Assembly (NCBI GenBank): GCA_963662465.1
Contig: OY759599.1
Span: 7,872,001-7,936,000 of the forward strand
Source of the DNA: Desulfatiglandales bacterium
GTDB taxonomy: Bacteria > Desulfobacterota > DSM-4660 > Desulfatiglandales > Desulfatiglandaceae
Direction: 5' to 3'
Length of the DNA: 64,000 bases
A model generated the notes under the pieces. That model ran no database searches, had not been told where the DNA came from, and saw only the letters and a list, made by a program, of their open reading frames with translations. A program made the translations under genes and the position numbers. Shown here in pieces: positions 19,959-29,133 of the stretch. Each line of letters starts with the position of its first letter. Position 1 is the first letter of the stretch.

Positions 19959-20237
19959 GATTTAGGGTAGAGAGATGCGTGAACCGCCCGCTCTTTTTAT
20001 GTCTTCAGGCTTGACATATCTCCAACATATCTCAGGCGGCTACCATGTTGACATAAGAGCCACACATCAAAGAGGTAAGGCTCAATTTTAGAGTAGTAAG
20101 AACGGCGTTTCTTGACTGATATTGAAAAGTTCGTTGCAACAAAGGAAGACGGAGTTGGCGAACCAAATGCTGCTCGCGCCGAGGTAAGCCCGAAACCTTG
20201 GGAACCCGCGTAAATCGGGATGAAATTGGTTATTGTT

Positions 20238-20590
20238 ATCCAGTGGGTGATTGCGGAAAGCGAAAGTCCCACCCGAGTAAAGGTTAGCTACCAGCTCGGT
20301 AGTGAGGCCCACGTGCAAACCGGGTAACCGGCGTACGAAGCTGGACGGAACGAGAATCCAGGACGTGTATTGAGCCCCGAAAAATGTATAGTTGTGGTCA
20401 TTGGATAATCCTGCAAGTGTGGGAGAAAGCCGACGCTTTGGAACACGCGGAAGGCCGCAGACCTGAATGCGTTCGGGCGAGTGTTGAGGTCACCACCGGG
20501 GTCTGAGACCAGGGCATGGATTCAAATGGATAGCTCGGGAACTCGGAGTCTTCGCTTATCTGGGAGAGCCAAAAGTTTCCTTGTTTAGAC
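20238..20590 (+). ncRNA. Group II intron 5' relic (domain I to about domain II; no RT ORF, no DV/DVI seen)
   Basis: Ordered motifs GTGGGTG..GAAAGTCCCACCCG, GGTAACC..CGAAGC, TATTGAGCCCCGAAA, GCCGACGC..GCGGAAGGC, CACCGGGGTC..AGGGCATG, GGGAAC..TGGGAGAGCC resemble group II intron domain I. Confidence 0.7.
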
Positions 20591-20664
20591 ACCTGGAAGA
20601 TGAGGGGCGTCGGGAGATCAAGAGCTCCGCCGTTAGCGGGAGGCTTTTACCCGCAGGGGTTGTT

Positions 20665-20910
20665 ATGGCTGAAGCCGTCTTGTATATCAAGCAGTGGGGA
20701 AACAATTTGGGTAGTCGCTTGCCTGCCGCAGTGGCTCGTGCAGCGTATTTATATGTCGATTAATGTGTTCGCATATCAGTGGAAGATGGGGGTATCGTGA
20801 TTCGGTCTGTAGAGGATGCTGAACTGACATTGGAACAACGCCTGTCTCGGTTTGACCCGGCCCGGCATGGAGGCGAAGTACTGCAGAATCAGGCTGTTGG
20901 GGCTGAGGTA
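20665..20910 (+). pseudogene. Second MazE/AbrB antitoxin copy with a nonsense mutation
   Basis: Near-identical to 16246-16490; CAA>TAA at 20761. Confidence 0.85.
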
Positions 20911-21077
20911 AGGTCAAAGCAAGGTCGGAAAAACCAGTTATGGACTTTGCCACCAGTCAAAATCATTCGACTGGCGCGTGCGCGGTGCAAGGCCGCATCA
21001 GCTCAAGCGGTTGCCGGATGTGACCTTTGCTGACGTATGCCGCCGTCTGAATCAGATAATCCAACTGGGGTGAGTTC

Positions 21078-22283
21078 ATGAAAGAAGAAGGAAATTTCCG
21101 AATGGGAAACGGAATAGTATACGAAGGATTGATAGAATGGTTCAGGAAATGCGGTGCATATGTTCCGGAATCCACGGCGTTGTATCCTCTGATGCAAGAG
21201 ACCTATACCGTGGAAGAAGCAGAACTCCTGATGGGCATGCCGCTGACCCTGTGTGAAATTGATGAGTTGGCAAAAAACAAGCGCATGGATCCCTTAGAAC
21301 TGTGTGAGAAATTGGATGCACTGGCCGGTAGAGGGCTTGTTTACCGTATCCATTCGCGGGGAAAAATAAAATATCGCCTGAATCCGCCGCGATTCGTATT
21401 TTTGCGCAGTTTCTTCTGGTCTGGAAGCGACGATGAGCGCATAAAATCAGTGGCCCCCCATGTCACCCGCTATTATCTTGACGGTCTGGGGGACCACTGG
21501 AAAGATGTGAAAACCAAGGGCCTCCGGGCCATACCCATCGAAAAAACAATCGATGATCCGCGTTGTATTCTTCCCTACGAAGCCGTGTTGAAGGTATTGC
21601 AGGCTCAGGATCGTTTTGCGGTGGCCACATGCGCCTGCAGGCATCGAAAAAACAGCGACCCTGATCTTCCGGATTGTAAACACGAAACGGAAAATTGTCT
21701 TCATTTCGGAAAATTTGCCGATTACATCATTGAAAATGGCCTCGGCCGAGAGATTGATCTTGAGGAATGCCAAAAGATCCTGGCCAGGGCCGCCGATGCG
21801 GGTCTGGTTCATGCCGCCTCCAACTGGCAAGAAAACGTGGACACCATCTGCAATTGCTGCCAATGCTGTTGTGTGTATTTTCAGGCATTTCATGTACTCA
21901 AGCACGACACAGGTATGAACCATTCCAATTTTGAGGTACACATCAATCCCGACACATGCCTGGGTTGCGGCCTTTGCATCAAACGTTGTCCCATGGATGC
22001 GCTGACGCTTGTGGAAAGTCCTTCGGCAAAAAACAAAACAGGTAAGGTATCAGTTGTTCAGCGGGAGATTTGTATCGGCTGCGGCATATGCGCGTACAAA
22101 TGTCCGACAACATCCCTCATTTTGAAACGGCGCGAACACACCGTGGACCCACCCGTCAATGCCGTTGAACTCAAAAAACGGTATGCCGTGGAAAAAGCGG
22201 AAACCTACGCCAAAGTGGGAGGCCGGATGGGATCGGAAGATATCTATTGGGGTGATATCAGCTCCGGTGAGGCGATTGGGTGA
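21078..22283 (+). CDS. 4Fe-4S binding protein (N-terminal HTH-like region, C-terminal 2x[4Fe-4S])
   Basis: CACRH, ICNCCQCCC, CLGCGLCIKRCP, CIGCGICAYKCP. Confidence 0.88.
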   Translation: MKEEGNFRMGNGIVYEGLIEWFRKCGAYVPESTALYPLMQETYTVEEAELLMGMPLTLCEIDELAKNKRMDPLELCEKLDALAGRGLVYRIHSRGKIKYRLNPPRFVFLRSFFWSGSDDERIKSVAPHVTRYYLDGLGDHWKDVKTKGLRAIPIEKTIDDPRCILPYEAVLKVLQAQDRFAVATCACRHRKNSDPDLPDCKHETENCLHFGKFADYIIENGLGREIDLEECQKILARAADAGLVHAASNWQENVDTICNCCQCCCVYFQAFHVLKHDTGMNHSNFEVHINPDTCLGCGLCIKRCPMDALTLVESPSAKNKTGKVSVVQREICIGCGICAYKCPTTSLILKRREHTVDPPVNAVELKKRYAVEKAETYAKVGGRMGSEDIYWGDISSGEAIG

Positions 22284-22394
22284 AAAAACTTTGAGATGAA
22301 AATCCCTGGCGCCGTCCCGGATTTGTGCATAAACGAGATGAAGCATCTGTACAGGATTTTCCCAAACCTGCACAACCAAATCTTTTCAATTCAT

Positions 22395-22600
22395 GTGATG
22401 CGCCTGATGATGGCGGAATGAACCTTTTTGGGAAAATCATAAATGGGGTACAGCGGACGCCGTCCGCCCGTATTCTTACCAGGCTTTCTTTCCGTTTGGG
22501 CTCAATGTGGATATCGCAGGCACGCTGGTCGAAGGCATAACTGAGGATGTGGTTCACGGCGTTTACGATATGTTGGTCGTTGGAAGGGAGTTCTTCCGCG
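22395..22600 (-). pseudogene. Internal fragment of a GspE/PilB secretion ATPase
   Basis: IVNAVNHILSYAFDQRACDIHIEP..SLVRIRADGV, then a frameshift. Confidence 0.75.
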
Positions 22601-22655
22601 TATGATTATTTTTTTAATGGGTTATAGTATGTGAAAAGGTATGCCAGCCATTGTT

Positions 22656-23438
22656 TTATCCGGTTCTGTTTTTGCCGCCCCGGGTCAAGAACGCATGCAC
22701 TTTTGGATCTTTGCATTCCGTTAGCAAGCGCTTGGGGTCGCCCGCGGCGATCATGGTTTTCGTTTCCGCATCCAGGTATACACAGTTGTCCGCCACCGAA
22801 AAAATGCTGGGCAGTTCGTGGGTGACCATGACCATGGTGGTTCCCAGACTGTCCCGAAGTTCCAGAATGAGGTCGTCCAGCAGGGAAGAGGTCACGGGGT
22901 CCAGACCGGCCGAGGGTTCATCAAAGAAAAGAAATTCCGGGTCCAGCGCCAGGGCTCTGGCGACCCCCGCCCGTTTTCGCATGCCGCCGCTGATTTCCGA
23001 AGGGTAATAATCCTCAAAGCCCGAAAGGCCCACCAGGGCAAGCTTGAGTGAAGCCACCTCTTCTATTTCCCGTGGATTGAGGCTGGTAAATTCCCCCAGG
23101 GGCAGCCCTATATTTTCAGTCAGGGTCATGGAACTCCACAGTGCACCGCTCTGATAAACAATGCCGATGTTTCGGGCCAGTTGATCCCGTATGCTTTGGT
23201 CTGCTTCCCAGAAATTGACATCCCCCAGGAAAACCTGGCCTTTTGAGGGTTCTTTGAGTCCGGTCAGACACCGCATCACCGTGGTTTTCCCGCATCCGCT
23301 GCCCCCCATGAGGACGAAAATTTCGCCTTTTTTAACGGAAAAATTGAGGTTACTCTGGATCACGAAATCGCCGTAGGCGATTTCAAGGTTTTGGGTGGTG
23401 ATGGCGGGCGTTTTTTCCGGCATGGTTACGATTCCCAA
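22656..23438 (-). CDS. MlaF/Ttg2A-type ABC ATP-binding protein
   Basis: GGSGCGKT, ISGGMRKRAGVARAL, FFDEPSAGLDP, VTHE. Confidence 0.92.
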   Translation of the reverse strand: MGIVTMPEKTPAITTQNLEIAYGDFVIQSNLNFSVKKGEIFVLMGGSGCGKTTVMRCLTGLKEPSKGQVFLGDVNFWEADQSIRDQLARNIGIVYQSGALWSSMTLTENIGLPLGEFTSLNPREIEEVASLKLALVGLSGFEDYYPSEISGGMRKRAGVARALALDPEFLFFDEPSAGLDPVTSSLLDDLILELRDSLGTTMVMVTHELPSIFSVADNCVYLDAETKTMIAAGDPKRLLTECKDPKVHAFLTRGGKNRTG

Positions 23439-23453
23439 AAGAATGACATATCA

Positions 23454-24062
23454 TTAGCGGCGCCCCTGAATGCCCTCGGCGATTTCATGGCTTAAAGCCT
23501 CAACCAGACGACTCTGGGCCGACACCAGTGCCCCGTAGCCGGGCATTACGTTGGATTTATTGAACCGTGATTTTCGGGTTGCCACAATTTGGCTGTCTTT
23601 TCCCTTCAGAATTGACCACTGGGCCATCAAATGAACTTCTCCACCCGGATTGCCGTCCATTTGAACAATTTCCACGCTCACCTGATAATCTACCGTGGTG
23701 GGGCATTTGAACGGGAAAACGGCAAAACGGTCCGCCGGGAGCAGGCGGGAGAGGTTCAGTGCCAGTACGCAGGTGAGGTTGTCCCTCAGGGATTCTCCCC
23801 ACTGGTTTAGATCCGCCAGGTGGATTTCATTTTCACTGACCCGGGTGACAATTTCCGGTCGGTCCAGATACCCTGAAATTGTCACCGCGTCGACCCGGAT
23901 GGTAATCGGCTCTTGGCTATAAGTCATGCCGGCTTCAGACTCAGGGGGGGGCAATGGGCTCAACAGATAGAATTTGGTGGGGGGGCTGGTGGCGCACCCC
24001 AGGGGATAGAGGCACAACAGGATTAAAAAAAGTGTTTTGAAAAGGGGAAATAAAAGATGCAT
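23454..24062 (-). CDS. PqiC-like ABC auxiliary lipoprotein
   Basis: Lipobox LGC, FYLLS, YLDRPEIVTR, QWGESL. Confidence 0.85.
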   Translation of the reverse strand: MHLLFPLFKTLFLILLCLYPLGCATSPPTKFYLLSPLPPPESEAGMTYSQEPITIRVDAVTISGYLDRPEIVTRVSENEIHLADLNQWGESLRDNLTCVLALNLSRLLPADRFAVFPFKCPTTVDYQVSVEIVQMDGNPGGEVHLMAQWSILKGKDSQIVATRKSRFNKSNVMPGYGALVSAQSRLVEALSHEIAEGIQGRR

Positions 24063-24065
24063 GTT

Positions 24066-25121
24066 CTACCTCCGGTTAGGGTCACTTTTTCCCCGGAGCA
24101 GGGCTTCGGGATGTCGCGACAGGTAATTGGCCAGGGAGCGGATGGATCGTGCCATTTCCGAGAACTCCCGCAGGGTGTTATCCAGCTGATTCAGGAGTGG
24201 GGAATCCTTTCCCAACCGGCTCTGAAGGACTTCCAGGGTTTCTCTGGCCTGATTCATGGCTTCGTGGGATGCCTCAAGCCCCTTGGCGATTTTGGCGGCC
24301 AGGGTTTCCAGCTTTTTATCCATGCTTTTGACCAGTTCACGGGCATCTGTAACGGTATGATTGGCATTGGCCATCAGGGGGTCTACTTGGGCGTTTACAG
24401 TGGTGGCGATTTTTTTGTATTCCGCCAGGGTATCATCAATGCCGTCTCCCAGGGGACCCACTCGGCTGTCCACATCATTGATCAATCGGCGGGCATCTGC
24501 CAGTGCCAGGTTCGTGGAATGGATAATCTCCGGTATTTCCGGTGATTTAAGAATTTTTTCGAGGGCCTTGACAGTGGACATGAGCCCTTCCAGGGTTTCC
24601 TCCAGGGGCAGCCCCTTGAGGGTATCAAAAATGGCTTGAAATGTGGATGGAATGGTCGGTATTTCAGGATATTCTTTGCTAAGCCCAACGAGTTTCACGG
24701 GAGTATTCGGGTAATAATCCAGTTCGATGATGAGCTGGCCCGTGATCAGGCTGCCCATGGTTAGTTGGGCCCGCAAACCCCGTTTAATGAGCAGCGGCAG
24801 GACCTTGTCCATGGAAATACGTTTTCCTTTGATCAACCTGATTTTGTCAGGCTCGGTTTCAATGATGACGGGCACATAAAACACCAGGGTTTTGGGGTTG
24901 TACTCAACATTGATGTTTTTTACCGAGCCGACTTTTACCCCACCCACCAGCACCGGCGCTCCCACGCTCAATCCTTTGACGGAGCCCTCGAAAAAAAGGA
25001 CAAACTCGGTTGTTTTTTTCATGAACTTCCCACCGCCGAATACCATGAGGCCGGCCGCAATGAGAATTGCCGCACCCACCACAAAAGCGCCGATAAGGGT
25101 CTTACTTGCCTTTCCGTTCAT
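24066..25121 (-). CDS. MlaD/MCE-domain protein (PqiB-like)
   Basis: SVKGLSVGAPV..GVKVGSV, GLRAQL..SLITGQL, LSRHPEALLRGK. Confidence 0.9.
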   Translation of the reverse strand: MNGKASKTLIGAFVVGAAILIAAGLMVFGGGKFMKKTTEFVLFFEGSVKGLSVGAPVLVGGVKVGSVKNINVEYNPKTLVFYVPVIIETEPDKIRLIKGKRISMDKVLPLLIKRGLRAQLTMGSLITGQLIIELDYYPNTPVKLVGLSKEYPEIPTIPSTFQAIFDTLKGLPLEETLEGLMSTVKALEKILKSPEIPEIIHSTNLALADARRLINDVDSRVGPLGDGIDDTLAEYKKIATTVNAQVDPLMANANHTVTDARELVKSMDKKLETLAAKIAKGLEASHEAMNQARETLEVLQSRLGKDSPLLNQLDNTLREFSEMARSIRSLANYLSRHPEALLRGKSDPNRR

Positions 25122-25179
25122 CGTTTCTCAATCTCCTCAACCGTGGGTTGCTATTTCATGGGGGTTCCCCGTGGAGAAT

Positions 25180-26340
25180 TTAAATGCCCAGTACATTCGT
25201 GATGACCGTGATGATGGCCGTGGCCACAATAATCAGTACAATGCCTGTTACCACCGCGGAGGTGGCTGCATCGCCCACGGCGGATGCACTGCGACCGCAT
25301 TGCATTCCTCTCAGACATCCGGACACGGCGATCAAAATGCCGAAGACGGCGCTCTGGAAAAGGCCGATCCAGAGGTCGTTCAGCCCAACCGAGGCCTTGG
25401 TCTGGTTGAAATATTCCATCATGTTCAGGTCCAGCATTCCCACGCCTACGATGAACCCTCCCAGGATTCCCATGAGGTCCGCATAAAGGCACAACAGGGG
25501 CATCATGAGGGTGAGCCCCAGTATTCGCGGCAATACCAGAAATTCCATGGGGGAGATGCCCATGGTTTTAAAGGCATCGATCTCTTCGTTTACCTGCATG
25601 GTGCCCAGTTGGGCGGCAAAGGCGGCGCCTGTTCGTCCGGCCATGATGATGCCGGCCATGACGGCCCCCATGACCCGAACCATGGCGATGCCCACCAGGT
25701 TGGCCACGTATATCTGCGCGCCGAACATCATCAACTGAATAGCCCCTATAAATGCGAGGATCAGCCCCACCAGCAGGCTGATCAGGGAAACGATGGGGAG
25801 CGCTTCAATGCCGCAGTCCTGAAGTATTCGGACCAGATCTGAGCGGCGAAAGCGGGCCTTGCCCGCCAGAAATCTGGTAAATGCGGTAGAGGTTTCCCCC
25901 ACAAAGGCCAGCGCTTCTCCGGAGGCACGAAAAAATGCCATGGATTCGGCGCCGACGCGGAAAAGGAAGGATTCGGTTTGCGTTTTTTTTCGTGCCCCTT
26001 TTTTTTCGGGTACGGCCGCTGCAAGATCCAGGAGTTTTTTGGCGCCTTCCGGCAGGCCGCTCTGGTCCACGCTGATGCCCTGTTTGGAAGCGAGGTCGAT
26101 CACCTGTCCCAGAAATATGAGCAAACCGCTGTCCCAGTTCGTAACATCCGTTGTGTTGAAGGCAATTTCCACGGCGCCGGCGGCCATTTCATTTTTTACA
26201 AGGTCTACCGGGGGGCGTTTGGTTTTGAGGGTCCAGCTTCCGGAGAGGGTTATCAGAAGTGTTTTGTCATGAGAACGGTCGAAAGAAAGTTCGCAGGCTT
26301 GTGATTGTGTTGTACCGGTTTTAGGGCCGTGTGGTTTCAT
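25180..26340 (-). CDS. MlaE permease with N-terminal STAS-like domain
   Basis: AGRTGAAFAAQLGTMQVNEEIDA, FLVLPR, VGDAATSAVV. Confidence 0.92.
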   Translation of the reverse strand: MKPHGPKTGTTQSQACELSFDRSHDKTLLITLSGSWTLKTKRPPVDLVKNEMAAGAVEIAFNTTDVTNWDSGLLIFLGQVIDLASKQGISVDQSGLPEGAKKLLDLAAAVPEKKGARKKTQTESFLFRVGAESMAFFRASGEALAFVGETSTAFTRFLAGKARFRRSDLVRILQDCGIEALPIVSLISLLVGLILAFIGAIQLMMFGAQIYVANLVGIAMVRVMGAVMAGIIMAGRTGAAFAAQLGTMQVNEEIDAFKTMGISPMEFLVLPRILGLTLMMPLLCLYADLMGILGGFIVGVGMLDLNMMEYFNQTKASVGLNDLWIGLFQSAVFGILIAVSGCLRGMQCGRSASAVGDAATSAVVTGIVLIIVATAIITVITNVLGI

Positions 26341-26341
26341 A

Positions 26342-26458
26342 GTAAACCCTCATGGCAAGGGGATTTGCCACCCCCAAACATGAAAATAACATCTACCGCT
26401 TTTAAGCTAACGGCTAACAGCTAACAGCTAACAGCTAACAGCTGCATTTTCATGGTAA
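26342..26458. repeat. Dispersed palindromic element containing (GCTAACR)x5, copy 1
   Basis: Shares GTAAAC.CTCATG.CAAGGGGATTTGCCA..ATGAAAATAACATCTACCGCTTTTAAGCTAAC..ATTTTCATGGTAA with 63289-63384. Confidence 0.85.
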
Positions 26459-26661
26459 GGTACGATTCGGCATGGGCGCTGTTTTTGCTGCATGGAAAAA
26501 AAGGTTTTACATAGTGCTATCATTACCAAATCATCATGGCTTTTTGCAACTCTAATTTGAGTGGGTTTTCAACCTTACTGTTTGAGGATCGGATTCATTG
26601 CGCTTGATGCTGGATTGTGTTCTAATACCCAGAATCTGAAACTCTAACCCATAAGGCTTAT

Positions 26662-27516
26662 ATGATGAACACCAACTGGTTTCCCAAACACATGAGATCC
26701 TCGGAAGCGCTTCTGCGGAAAAGCTTGAAATTGGCGGATGTCATTTTTGAAATCCTGGATGCCAGAATTCCCTTTTGCAGCCGGGATGAACGGATTGATT
26801 TGATTACCAGGGAAAAACCGAAAATTGTGGTTTTAAACAAGTGCGATCTGAGTGATGATGCAAGCGATGGAAAATGGGTCGCCCATTTTGAAGAAAAAGG
26901 CATTGAAGCTGTGACGGTTAGTGCGGTTCAAGGAAATGGCATCAAAAAACTCATCAAATCCGCCCACGACGTCTTGGGGGCGAAATCGTCTAAGTTGCAC
27001 GATATCAGAGACCGGCAAAAGGCCATTACGGCCCTGGTTGTGGGTATTCCCAATGTGGGAAAATCCACCATTATCAATGCCATTGCCGGAAAGAAAAAGG
27101 CCAAAATTGCCAACAAGCCGGGGGTTACAAAGGTCAAACAAAGGGTAACGACCCACAGGCATTTGGAACTGTTGGATACGCCGGGGATCCTGTGGCCCAG
27201 GGAGGATGATGAAACCTTTGAAAATCTGGCCCTTATCGGCGCTATAAAGGATGAGATTCTGGATCTGGAAACCCTTTCGATTTCATTATTGAACAAGTTG
27301 ATTGATCTTGTGCCGTCGAGCTTGGAAGTGAAGTATCAAATCCAAATCCAGGACCAAAGCCCCCGTGAGGTTCTTGAGCGTATTGCCCTAAAAAGGGGTT
27401 GTATCATGAAAAATAAAAATGTTGACTATCTGCGCGTATCGCGCATTGTTCTGGGGGACTTCAGAAAAGGCAGGTTCGGGAAAATCACCCTGGAGATGCC
27501 GGAAGGTAGCGAGTAA
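26662..27516 (+). CDS. rbgA: Ribosome biogenesis GTPase RbgA/YlqF
   Basis: WFP.HM, DARIP, NKCDL, GIPNVGKST, KPGVTK, LLDTPGILWP (circularly permuted GTPase). Confidence 0.92.
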   Translation: MMNTNWFPKHMRSSEALLRKSLKLADVIFEILDARIPFCSRDERIDLITREKPKIVVLNKCDLSDDASDGKWVAHFEEKGIEAVTVSAVQGNGIKKLIKSAHDVLGAKSSKLHDIRDRQKAITALVVGIPNVGKSTIINAIAGKKKAKIANKPGVTKVKQRVTTHRHLELLDTPGILWPREDDETFENLALIGAIKDEILDLETLSISLLNKLIDLVPSSLEVKYQIQIQDQSPREVLERIALKRGCIMKNKNVDYLRVSRIVLGDFRKGRFGKITLEMPEGSE

Positions 27517-28165
27517 CCGTTTACGGTTGTTGGTTCACAAATGGGCCGATAAACTTTTCATTCTCAGCCTCCAGCCAAAGGCCATGACATCAGAAACCGA
27601 AGCGGAATCGGCCTGGCTTAACCGTGACTGCACCAACTTTGCTTCATGGTATCGATATCTCTCACAGGAACACCAGGACAAGATCTTTCAGTTGACGCAA
27701 CAATTACGCGTTACCATCCCCGGTTTCCATGCTTTTAAGCTGGAGCAGGCTGGAAAGCACAGGCTTCTCAAGGTCGGATTCGCCGACGGAGATGAAAATG
27801 CGTTCCCTATCTATTTCGATTTTGAGCAACTTTCTGATGGCCGGCGTGTCATGATTGTTCTTTACTCGCTTTTGCTCGGTTCGCGGGACTTGGGGTTCAC
27901 CGTTTTTATCGATGAGCCGGAAAACTATGTCTCATTGCCTGAAATCCAACCCTGGCTTATGGCGCTAAACGACGCTTGCGGAGAAGGTTTCTCCCAGGCA
28001 GTTCTCATTAGTCATCATCCAGAACTGATCGATTATTTGGGCCCGGAATGCGGCAAGTGGATTGAGCGAGATCCCCTTGGACCAACACGCGTGAAAAAGC
28101 TTCCGGAACAGATTGATAAGGGTTTGAAGCTTTCCGAGCAAGTCGCCAGGGGGTGGACGGAATGA
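27515..28165 (+). pseudogene. AAA_21-type ABC ATPase, C-terminal half only
   Basis: LSDGRR signature, VFIDEPEN Walker B and ISHHPEL H-loop present; Walker A and start absent. Confidence 0.75.
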
Positions 28166-28350
28166 GTATACGACGTGTGAAAATCGTACTTCTTTGTGAG
28201 GATTCACAACACGAAGCCTTCGCCAGAAGATTTCTCAAAGGAATGGGTTGGAATACAAGGGAGTTGCGGGTGGAAAAGAGCCCTTCAGCCAGTGGCTCGG
28301 CAGAACAATGGGTGAGGGAAGAATTCCCGAATGAACTCAGGATCTACTAA
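28162..28350 (+). pseudogene. Truncated partner of the ATPase (TOPRIM-like N-terminus)
   Basis: ATGA overlap; VKIVLLCEDSQHEAFARRFL; ends after about 62 aa. Confidence 0.5.
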
Positions 28351-28499
28351 AAAAATGATAATTTTCCCCTATTCGTTTCATCAAACTCCCCTTTTTCCGC
28401 TTGCCCCGGAATGCGTTACTGTACTACCCATAGTACCTGACCATTTCCTCTCTTTTGTTGGGGACATGGGAGGGCAAAGTTCCAATCATTCGATCCGCA

Positions 28500-29133
28500 C
28501 GTAATTTACCCCGGAAACACGCAGGGATTGAGCATACGTGAGCAGGGTCCGCGGGGCTGTTATGTGGTTGACGTCGACGAGGCCCGGGAAGTGAGTCTCG
28601 AGTTTTGTCCCCTGGATGCGATTCGCTGGAAGACGCTGGAGATGGATATCGAGAACTTCCAGACATTGGATGCGCTCGATACATTCATCACGGATACCCT
28701 GGAAACCCTCTGTGAGCAGGAAGGCGACAGACCTGTCATCTGCCGAATCAGACTGACCGGAAGCGGACCTCTCTACCCTGGTCTTGGCCGCGTGGGTGCA
28801 GAGAAAGATCTGCTTTCCCGTGTCCGTGATACCGTTTTGAAGCTGGAGCCCTTTGTTTACGTTGAGAAGGTCGAAAACCTTTGCCGGCCGGAACTTGATC
28901 TTGCCAGGAGAAAACAGGAAGGGGACCTGCTCGGAGAGTTGCTGAAAATTTCAGATGATATCAGGGAAGCATCATCTGTTCGCTCGGAATTGGAGGGATG
29001 CCTGTCGGAGCTCTTTGAAAACCCGGGAATGCGAAAGAGACTCGACCTGGACGAAATTGATGACGCAGAACTGCATCAGAGTCTCGATAGCGCCGAGCGC
29101 CTGTGTATTGATCTGCTGGAGAGTTCGGGATGA
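28500..29133 (+). pseudogene. YhaO/SbcD-like DNA repair exonuclease, C-terminal part only
   Basis: YPGNTQG(L)SIREQGPRGCYVV..F.PLDAIRW; the metallophosphoesterase N-terminus is missing. Confidence 0.75.

Noticed and set aside
20238..20590. Intron relic as the source of the RT for the putative DGR
   Set aside because: No RT ORF is present, and group II intron RTs are a different clade from DGR RTs
20665..20910. Stop-codon recoding (selenocysteine) in interrupted genes
   Set aside because: The internal stop here is TAA, and I found no in-frame TGA at a conserved Cys position in the redox genes
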